NCBI GenBank assembly: GCA_017397175.1
Contig: JAFQKA010000025.1
Coordinates: forward strand, 7,501 to 71,500
Length of the DNA stretch: 64,000 nt
Direction: 5' to 3'
Source of the DNA: Clostridia bacterium
GTDB taxonomy: Bacteria; Bacillota; Clostridia; Oscillospirales; CAG-272
A model generated the notes under the pieces. The model worked only from the letters and a program-made list of their open reading frames with translations. It was not told the origin of the DNA and made no database searches. The translations under genes were made by a program, and so were the position numbers. Shown here in pieces: positions 57,983 to 64,000 of the stretch. Every line of letters begins with the position of its first letter. Within the stretch, counting starts at the first letter, position 1.

Positions 57983-58159
57983 ATGGCAGAAGTAAGAGTT
58001 AAAGAAGGCGAAACACTTGACAGTGCTCTTCGTCGCTTTAAGCGTCAGTGCGCTAGATCCGGCGTCCTCACCGAGCTTCGTAAAAGAGAACACTACGAAA
58101 AGCCTAGTGTTAAGCGTAAGAAGAAGTCTGAGGCTGCAAGAAAGCGCAAGTATAAGTAA
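57983..58159 (+). CDS. rpsU: 30S ribosomal protein S21
   Basis: [28 protein letters not shown]. The ATG follows GGAGGGGGG. The track start at 57905 coincides with the -35 box. Confidence 0.95.
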   Translation: MAEVRVKEGETLDSALRRFKRQCARSGVLTELRKREHYEKPSVKRKKKSEAARKRKYK

Positions 58160-58171
58160 TAACTTATAACA

Positions 58172-58199
58172 AAAAAGGATTGCTCAGGCAATCCTTTTT
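58172..58199 (+). terminator. intrinsic terminator after rpsU
   Basis: AAAAAGGAUUGC-UCAG-GCAAUCCUUUUU. Confidence 0.85.
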
Positions 58200-58218
58200 A
58201 GTTTGTTTGGAGATAGAA

Positions 58219-59100
58219 TTGAAAAACTCAAGAATAATAAATCACGGTTATGCCTTTTTCTCGATCCTGATCTGGGGTGTGACCTTTATCAGCACAAAAT
58301 ATCTGCTCAACTCTTTCTCGCCTTTGGATATCCTTTTGTTCAGGTACGCCATTGCATACGTGGCACTTTGGGCTATCAGCCCGAGACCTCTTTTGTGGCA
58401 GGGGTGGAAGAAGGAGGCTTATCTTTTTGCCGCATCGGTCAGCGGCGCGTCCTTGTATCAGTTTCTTGAAAATCTTTCGGTCGGTTACACCAGTCCTGCC
58501 AGTGTTTCGTTCATAACCGCATTGGCTCCCGTGGCAACGGCTGTGGTGGCACATTTTGCTCTGGGCGAGCCTCTTTATAAGTCGCTTTTTGTGGGAATGG
58601 GAATTTCTTTGGTTGGCGTTTTCTTCATATCCTTCGGGGATGCGGGGAGCTTTGAGACGGGATTGCTCGGGGACACGATAGTTCTCGGCAGCACCTTGCT
58701 TTGGGCTGTCTATTCGGTCATCATCAAGCGCGTTGCGGCGTTTGAGATAGACGAATATCAGGTCACAAGACGAATATTCCTTTACACTCTGCTTACTTTG
58801 ATCCCATTTGCCGTCCCGGACATAAAAAATCTTGATCTTTCGGCGGCAGTTCAGCCTCTTAACGCTTTAAATCTTCTGTTTTTGGGCGTTTTTGCTTCGG
58901 CTCTCTGCTTTCGCACCTGGAATCATTCGGTAGACACGTTAGGAGCCACCACCACGAGCAAATATCTGTTCGTTATGCCTGTGATCACCCTTGTGGCGCA
59001 GGTGATCTACGAAAAGAGCGGTGTGGGACTTTATGCGGGCATCGGAATGGTGCTGATCTTAGCGGGACTTTTTGTAAGCAACCTGAAAAAAGAAAAATAA
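58219..59100 (+). CDS. DMT/EamA family transporter
   Basis: About 10 TM segments with two EamA-like halves. I prefer the TTG at 58219 (GGAGA then 5 nt), because the track start lies in the rpsU terminator. The start is uncertain. Confidence 0.75.
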   Translation: MKNSRIINHGYAFFSILIWGVTFISTKYLLNSFSPLDILLFRYAIAYVALWAISPRPLLWQGWKKEAYLFAASVSGASLYQFLENLSVGYTSPASVSFITALAPVATAVVAHFALGEPLYKSLFVGMGISLVGVFFISFGDAGSFETGLLGDTIVLGSTLLWAVYSVIIKRVAAFEIDEYQVTRRIFLYTLLTLIPFAVPDIKNLDLSAAVQPLNALNLLFLGVFASALCFRTWNHSVDTLGATTTSKYLFVMPVITLVAQVIYEKSGVGLYAGIGMVLILAGLFVSNLKKEK

Positions 59101-59107
59101 AGTCTTT

Positions 59108-59129
59108 GGGCAGCCCTTGCGGGCTGCCC
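59108..59129. terminator. GC-rich hairpin between convergent genes (probable terminator)
   Basis: GGGCAGCCC-TTGC-GGGCTGCCC. The flanking T/A runs are imperfect. Confidence 0.5.
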
Positions 59130-59136
59130 ACTATAT

Positions 59137-61581
59137 TTAGGAGATAGTTATGATGTGAGTGATCGTGCTGCCGTTGGCAATGAAGCTTACTGTTCTGCCG
59201 TAAAGCTCGGTAGCCGTAAGATTTTTCACTGTGTGTCCGCTTGCACCCGACTCAATATGAGAAATGGTTGCATCGGAAGCCAGTGTGTAGCTTGCAGAGC
59301 CGATAGTGATAACGTTGCCCGCAATGCCGTTTACCGTGCCGCTCTCAAGAGACTTTTCGGTGGAAGAAATGTTTCCGTGCTCGTCGAGAAGGTATGTCTT
59401 GGAGGATGTCAGGGAGCTGCTTTCGGAGTAGAATGCTTGGATTTTTCCGTTCGCGAAGTTGTATACGTTGTAAACGTAGAGAGCCTTGCCGTCAACAAGC
59501 TCGGAGCCGTCGGAGGACAGCACTGTGACATAGTTCACAAGGCTTGTTGCAGTGTCGATAGAGCCGTTTGAAACGTAGAGGAAGTCCAGCTTCTCAATGT
59601 CGCCCTGGCAGTTCTGAGCCACAGCTACTACTCTTGCACCGTCGGTAACTCTTATATCGGAGGAGAGCACACCGCGACGGTATACGTAGCCGTTTGCAGT
59701 CTTGACAATAATGATCGTGTCGGTGTCTGTGATGAAGTCAAGGTCAGCACCGCTGCCGGACAGGGTGAAGTATACGTTGCTGCCCTTGCCGATAGTTACG
59801 GAGGAAGCAGAGTTGATCACTGTCTTTATCGCATCGGAGGAAGCGAATTCGGCTGCGTCGGGTGCTACGAGTGTAAGCACACCGTCCTTTTCCGTGTAGC
59901 GGTATACCTGACCGACCGTTACGGAGGAATTGCTTACGTGAACGCCCATGTCAGCACCGCCGACGAAGGCTGTCATGTAGTTTACGATCTTGCCGTTGTA
60001 GACCACGGGAATAAGATCGCTTGTAGCTACAAGATAGTTGTAAGAGGAGCTTGCAGTGTTGCCCGAAGCGTATGCGGCAATGATGGAATTACCGAATACC
60101 ACAAGGTTCACGGTGTCTCCTACGTTAAGGGATGCGTGTACCGCCGATGCGTTCTGGGAAGTGCCCGCAACGCCAAGCTGATACGTCTTTCCTCCAACAA
60201 CTGCGGTGGTAGACGTTTTTCTGGAGACCTGAACGCCCTTGACTACTTCAAGCTTGTGCTCAATTACAAGGCGAGAGCTGTCTGCGCCGTAATTGTAAAG
60301 AACGTAGTCGCCGTTCTGTGCGCCGTTTGCGTTAACAAAGCCGCCTGTCAGCTCGTCTGCTGTTTTGTTACCTGCAATGTTGATAGCGCCGTTTGTGATC
60401 TTCAGCTCACCGATGGTGAGAGGAGTGAACACGGCACATCTTGCTGTTGCACCGTCGGAGATCATTTTGATCGTAAAGTAACCTTCAAGTGCGATCAGAG
60501 CCTCGTTTGAAGCAACCTTCGTATAAGTGCCGTTTGACTGTACCATGTAAACGATCAGCTCGTTTGCATTGGTTGCGGTGGCGTTAGAGTAGCTTTCAAC
60601 TACCTTATATTTTACGTCACCGATCTTGACATAGGTCTTGCCCGTGTCGTAGGAGAAGGAGTTGAACTTCTCTGTCTTGCCGTACTTAGCGGAGGCGAGT
60701 ACGGAGGATATTCCCGTTGTTGCGTTTGTCTTGTAGAAGACGGTGAACTGCTCGCCGATGTGGCTTGTTGCATCGTCGTTCACACCGAGATCGGCTGCAA
60801 GTACGTGAGTAGCCTCGCCATCAATGAGTGCCAGAACGTAGCCGTTCTTTACTACCTTATCGTAGGGAGTAAGAGACGCGTTGTTTGTTGCAACGATCTG
60901 TGCCACACCTGCCTTGTAGCCGTAAACCTCGGAAAGAACTGTTGTAACTCTCGTTACGGTAGTTCCCGACGCGTTGTTTGCTACGATGTAGTCAGCAGTA
61001 AGAGCGTTGAAAAGCAGGGCAGCTGTTTGCGCTCTTGTGAGAGTATCGGTGTACTCTACTTTTTCAAGACCATTTGTCAGACCAATTCTTGTTCCGATGT
61101 CTATGTAAGACCAGGGATAGCCTGCCGCAGTCTTGTCGTTCGTCTGACCGAGAGCACGTGTGATCATAGCCAGCGCATCCTGCAATGTGATGCCGCCGCG
61201 GGGATCAAATGTGGTCAGAGTGGTGCCGAGAATGAAGCCGTTTGCATTGGCCCAGGAGATGGCACCGTTGTAGACGGGCTCATAGAGATCGGTGAAAGGA
61301 GATGTGTTGATTCTGCCTGCGTTGTCCTTACCTGTCATAAGGCGGTAAAGCAGCAGGGCCATCTGCTCTCTTGATACGTTTGCGTTGGGCGAAAATTCGT
61401 TTTCGGATGTACCGAGGATAATGCCCATGTCGGAGAGAATTTCGATCTGCTCCGAATACTGAGATTCGGGTGTCACGTCGTCAAAGGACTTGGCGGAACC
61501 CGAGATCACTGTTGCAGATACCGTTCCGAGTATCATAAGGACGGACAGCAACAGAGCAAAAAGTTTCTTTGTTTTTTGCAT
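59137..61581 (-). CDS. SLH-domain cell-surface (S-layer-like) protein
   Basis: 814 aa. Signal peptide, then three SLH-like repeats (FDDV...ILSDMGIILG, FTDL...ANGFILG, ITLQDALAMITRAL), then about 600 aa of Thr/Ser/Val/Asn/Gly-rich sequence of unknown fold. Confidence 0.8.
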   Translation of the reverse strand: MQKTKKLFALLLSVLMILGTVSATVISGSAKSFDDVTPESQYSEQIEILSDMGIILGTSENEFSPNANVSREQMALLLYRLMTGKDNAGRINTSPFTDLYEPVYNGAISWANANGFILGTTLTTFDPRGGITLQDALAMITRALGQTNDKTAAGYPWSYIDIGTRIGLTNGLEKVEYTDTLTRAQTAALLFNALTADYIVANNASGTTVTRVTTVLSEVYGYKAGVAQIVATNNASLTPYDKVVKNGYVLALIDGEATHVLAADLGVNDDATSHIGEQFTVFYKTNATTGISSVLASAKYGKTEKFNSFSYDTGKTYVKIGDVKYKVVESYSNATATNANELIVYMVQSNGTYTKVASNEALIALEGYFTIKMISDGATARCAVFTPLTIGELKITNGAINIAGNKTADELTGGFVNANGAQNGDYVLYNYGADSSRLVIEHKLEVVKGVQVSRKTSTTAVVGGKTYQLGVAGTSQNASAVHASLNVGDTVNLVVFGNSIIAAYASGNTASSSYNYLVATSDLIPVVYNGKIVNYMTAFVGGADMGVHVSNSSVTVGQVYRYTEKDGVLTLVAPDAAEFASSDAIKTVINSASSVTIGKGSNVYFTLSGSGADLDFITDTDTIIIVKTANGYVYRRGVLSSDIRVTDGARVVAVAQNCQGDIEKLDFLYVSNGSIDTATSLVNYVTVLSSDGSELVDGKALYVYNVYNFANGKIQAFYSESSSLTSSKTYLLDEHGNISSTEKSLESGTVNGIAGNVITIGSASYTLASDATISHIESGASGHTVKNLTATELYGRTVSFIANGSTITHIITIS

Positions 61582-61766
61582 TGATGTTTGTTCCTCCCGG
61601 AAAATAATTTATTACGCCGCAGTACGCTTGCCCCCTACCCCCGAGAGGGCGGAAATTCGCCGCGTTCCTTTGGCGCAACGGTAGGATAACATGACAAGCT
61701 TGGAAAATCAATAGATTTGCCCTATGTGAAACACAGAGGAAATCTTAAATTTCCAGACAAAAACAG

Positions 61767-61810
61767 AAAATGCAGAAGAGGGAAAAAAGTCCGTTCTTCT
61801 GCATTTTTTT
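61767..61810 (-). terminator. intrinsic terminator after the SGNH hydrolase gene
   Basis: A 10-13 bp stem AAAATGCAGAAGA...TCTTCTGCATTTT, with a U-run on the minus strand (UUUUCUGUUUUU). Confidence 0.7.
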
Positions 61811-61833
61811 GCTATAAAGTTTAAGGAGAAAAT

Positions 61834-62772
61834 TTACTTGTATGCGTGAGTTCTTATGTAAGACAGAACCGTTTCAAATCCTTTTGCGTTCAGGTTCCAG
61901 CCTGTGCCGCCATTATCGTATTCTTCCTTCATGGCGCCGTTTTCGTCCTTTAAAGCTGTGCAGGTATCAAGGTATTTCACGTCGCAGGACTGTGCCAGAG
62001 AGTAGATCACAGAGTTAAGCTCGTTGATCTTTTCGTTCGTAACCTTGCCCTTGACTCTTGATGCGATGGGGTAGACCGACTGCAGAATGATCAAAGTGTC
62101 GGGGGACGCAGCTTTGAGGGCATTTATGAGCGCAGTGTATTCTTCGATGAATTTTTCGGAGCTGAGCTGATTCATTCCTTCAAAGCCCAGCGCGATCACA
62201 AGATATTCAGGCTTGGCCTTTGCCGCAGCGTCCGCTACGGTCATCTCAACGCCGCTCTCAGGATAGATTATCTTTTTTTCGCAAATTCCGCTCAAGGTAA
62301 GAGTTCCGTTGGTGGTCCTCCAGACCTGATCTGTATTTTTGCCGCCGCTCAGCACCCCGTATGAACGTAGACCCACGTTTGTGGCGTCAACAAGGAAAAC
62401 GAATTTGTCAATGTATTCCTGCCCCATGTCCTCGCTTTCACCGAGAAGTGTGGGGGTAGGTTCGTTTGGAGTATTGGGAAGTTGCGTCTCGGGCGGTTCT
62501 GTATCGGGGGCCTGTGTTTCGGGAGGCTCGGTGTCAGGCACCTGTGTGTCGGGCGTACTTTGTACAGGCTCGGTATCAAGCGTGTCGGGGGTATCCGTGC
62601 CGCTTGGTATCTCTACGTGATCCTCAAAAATCTCGCTGTCCGTGGAGTCGGCGGAGAAGAAAACTCCGATGGTGACCACCGCAACGGCAAATACCAAAGC
62701 AAGCGTTGCAATAACACAGATCACCGTCAGAAAAAATGAATAGTTGAAGTTGTCGTATTTTTTCATGGTCAA
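61834..62772 (-). CDS. membrane-anchored SGNH/GDSL-like hydrolase
   Basis: N-terminal TM anchor, a Pro/Thr/Asp/Glu linker, and a C-terminal domain with an SGNH-like layout (FVFLVDATNVG..., LVIALGFEGMN, LIILQSVYP). The catalytic motifs are not clean. Confidence 0.6.
   Translation of the reverse strand: MTMKKYDNFNYSFFLTVICVIATLALVFAVAVVTIGVFFSADSTDSEIFEDHVEIPSGTDTPDTLDTEPVQSTPDTQVPDTEPPETQAPDTEPPETQLPNTPNEPTPTLLGESEDMGQEYIDKFVFLVDATNVGLRSYGVLSGGKNTDQVWRTTNGTLTLSGICEKKIIYPESGVEMTVADAAAKAKPEYLVIALGFEGMNQLSSEKFIEEYTALINALKAASPDTLIILQSVYPIASRVKGKVTNEKINELNSVIYSLAQSCDVKYLDTCTALKDENGAMKEEYDNGGTGWNLNAKGFETVLSYIRTHAYK
62479..62538 (-). repeat. two tandem 30-nt repeats encoding PDTEPPETQ(A/L)
   Basis: They lie within a Pro/Thr/Asp/Glu-rich linker spanning about 62449-62607. 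Confidence 0.8.
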
Positions 62773-63194
62773 TCTCTTTTCAGCTTGTCGTACAGCGGGC
62801 GGTATTCATCCTGTTTTTTGCTCTTGTCAATGTTTTTTATATTGTATATGAGGAAGAACAGAAGATGGAGCACTGTCAAGCATACACCGATAAACAGAGC
62901 CGCGGGGCCGTTATTTTTACCGGGGATCATCAGAACGGCAACGGCGGAGCCGACCGTCAGGATCAAATGGATAAAATAGCGGAGCAGGGTGTTCATTTTT
63001 GTTTTGAAATAAAGGTAATTGGCACACCCAAGGACAACAGAGAAGCCGAAGATACCAAAGACTACCGAGGGCAAAAGCGCATCGCTTGCGCTGTCAAGAA
63101 AAAGCATTATGGCAACGTGCGCGAAAAGGGTGACTGCGGTGAATGTCACGCAGGCCGAGCGCAGGATCGCGCCGATTATTTTGAATGATTTCAT
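62769..63194 (-). CDS. hypothetical 4-TM membrane protein
   Basis: Trimmed to the ATG at 63194 (GAGGT then 6 nt). Hydrophobic throughout, and it overlaps the SGNH gene start by 4 nt. Confidence 0.5.
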   Translation of the reverse strand: MKSFKIIGAILRSACVTFTAVTLFAHVAIMLFLDSASDALLPSVVFGIFGFSVVLGCANYLYFKTKMNTLLRYFIHLILTVGSAVAVLMIPGKNNGPAALFIGVCLTVLHLLFFLIYNIKNIDKSKKQDEYRPLYDKLKRD

Positions 63195-63223
63195 TTGATA
63201 CCTCGCAAATTTTTTATATCTAC

Positions 63224-63252
63224 ATTTTATCATATAATGTGTTTTTTTTCAA
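63224..63252 (-). promoter_or_regulatory. candidate sigma-A promoter (membrane protein / SGNH operon)
   Basis: On the minus strand, TTGAAA, a 17-nt spacer, then TGaTAAAAT. Confidence 0.45.
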
Positions 63253-63305
63253 TACCCTTTGTTATATATTTTGACCTGCAACGGTGAGTGTGGAGGAAAT
63301 ATTCA

Positions 63306-63343
63306 AGAAAACGTGAATATTCATGAAAATATTCACGTTTTCT
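63306..63343. repeat. perfect 16-bp inverted repeat in a divergent promoter region
   Basis: AGAAAACGTGAATATT-catgaa-AATATTCACGTTTTCT. It ends 1 nt before the -35 of the nusB promoter. Confidence 0.7.
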
Positions 63344-63344
63344 G

Positions 63345-63373
63345 TTGACTTTTTCCCGAAAAAGTATTAAAAT
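63345..63373 (+). promoter_or_regulatory. candidate sigma-A promoter of nusB
   Basis: TTGACT, a 17-nt spacer, then TAAAAT. Confidence 0.5.
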
Positions 63374-63425
63374 ATATAAGATATAATGTAAAAGTGTGCC
63401 TATGAGGCTACGGAATGGAGATAGT

Positions 63426-63857
63426 ATGTCTGAAAAAATGACCAGAAGAGAAGCGAGAGAGGCGGCTTTCTGCCTTATTTTTGAGAGTGATTTCAGAGAG
63501 GGCGAGGAAAGGGAAGCGCTGTATGCAAATTCGGTGTCAAACCTTGAGATCCCCAAAAATAAATACGTAAAGACCGTATATTTCGGATTGGCTGAAAATA
63601 TTGCCGACATTGACGCGCTTATCGCAAAGTGCTCTCTTGGCTGGAAAACAGAGCGAATGACCCACGTTTCCCGCGCAATCCTTCGCCTGGCGGTCTACGA
63701 GATGCTCTTTATGGAGGATATTCCCGTAAAGGTTACCATAAACGAGGCGCTTGAGCTTTCAAAGAAATATGATGAAGAAAAGGCGAGGGCATTTGTAAAC
63801 GGTGTTCTCAACGCCGTTAAAAACACTCTGCCCCCCGAGGAAAGTGCAAATGAATAA
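63426..63857 (+). CDS. nusB: transcription antitermination factor NusB
   Basis: Trimmed to MSEKMTRREAREAAF (GGAGA upstream). RAILRLAVYEM and VTINEALELSKKY. Confidence 0.92.
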   Translation: MSEKMTRREAREAAFCLIFESDFREGEEREALYANSVSNLEIPKNKYVKTVYFGLAENIADIDALIAKCSLGWKTERMTHVSRAILRLAVYEMLFMEDIPVKVTINEALELSKKYDEEKARAFVNGVLNAVKNTLPPEESANE

Positions 63858-64000
63858 GCTCCCCTGCTACGCAGGGATAGACACCAGCAATTATACTACC
63901 TCGGCGGCACTTTGCACAAAGGACGGCAAGATCGTGGCGAATCTGAAGCTTCCTCTGCCCGTAAAGGCGGGTGAGGTGGGACTGCGCCAAAGTGACGCGG
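63850..64000 (+). CDS. N-terminal fragment of an ASKHA-fold (glycoprotease/Kae1-like) family protein, cut by window edge
   Basis: My translation is MNKLPCYAGIDTSNYTTSAALCTKDGKIVANLKLPLPVKAGEVGLRQSDA. GIDTSNYTTS resembles a phosphate-1 motif. The family call comes from memory only. Confidence 0.45.
   Translation, partial: MNKLPCYAGIDTSNYTTSAALCTKDGKIVANLKLPLPVKAGEVGLRQSDA

Noticed and set aside
63306-63343. Assigning the 16-bp palindrome to Rex, ArgR/AhrC, Fur/PerR/Zur or CodY
   Set aside because: The half-site sequences or spacings do not match the consensus I know for any of these (GTGAA...TTCAC are 14 nt apart, and TGAAT/ATTCA lack the 4-nt AT spacer). The regulator is left unassigned.
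1-64000. CRISPR arrays, tRNA/rRNA genes, IS elements, integrases, prophage, toxin-antitoxin or known defence-system genes
   Set aside because: I scanned the ORF translations and intergenic regions. I found no repeat-spacer periodicity, no tRNA T-loop/acceptor patterns (GGTTCGAATCC-like), and no transposase, recombinase or phage signatures. The window appears to be core genome.

Overview
Densely coding, mid-GC (judged by eye, not computed) core-chromosome segment of an endospore-forming Firmicute. It looks Clostridia-like, inferred from spo0A, ytfJ/DUF2953, a sporulation-type DD-carboxypeptidase, an SLH wall protein and Bacillus-like synteny. I call 61 protein genes, two of them cut by the window edges, plus one candidate leader peptide. 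The main blocks are: pheA-aroB (-); dgt-dnaG followed by two tandem sigma-70 genes; an SPFH / zinc-ribbon / TPM membrane module (-); miaB-ricA-mutS-mutL-tgt; spo0A (-); a long minus-strand run lon-engB-M50-scpA-scpB-DUF2953-ytfJ-dac-rluB; infC-rpmI-rplT with its L20 leader; dprA-topA-trmFO-plsX-rnc-rSAM-smc-ftsY-rdgB-yhbY-nadD-yqeK-LCP-rsfS-leuS; rpsU; an SLH protein with an SGNH hydrolase (-); and nusB. I found no rRNA, tRNA, CRISPR array, transposase, integrase, phage gene or recognisable defence island, so this is an ordinary housekeeping region rather than an accessory island. The signals most worth a second look are non-coding. (1) A Tyr/Phe/Trp-rich 24-codon leader ORF plus terminator sits upstream of pheA-aroB and may be a ribosome-mediated attenuator. 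(2) A near-consensus promoter drives a roughly 88-nt hairpin RNA ending in a U-tract just upstream of lon, which could be an sRNA or a lon leader. (3) A perfect 16-bp inverted repeat abuts the nusB promoter. At the protein level, the notable points are a tandem sigma-70 paralog lacking region 1.1 and carrying a 3-residue deletion in the invariant DQARTIRIP segment, an SPFH protein with a triplicated C-terminal zinc ribbon, a Spo0A whose conserved receiver Lys is Arg, and a RicA/YmcA-like protein with a CX3CX2CX3C tail. All functional calls rest on my recognition of motifs in the supplied translations; no database search was run.
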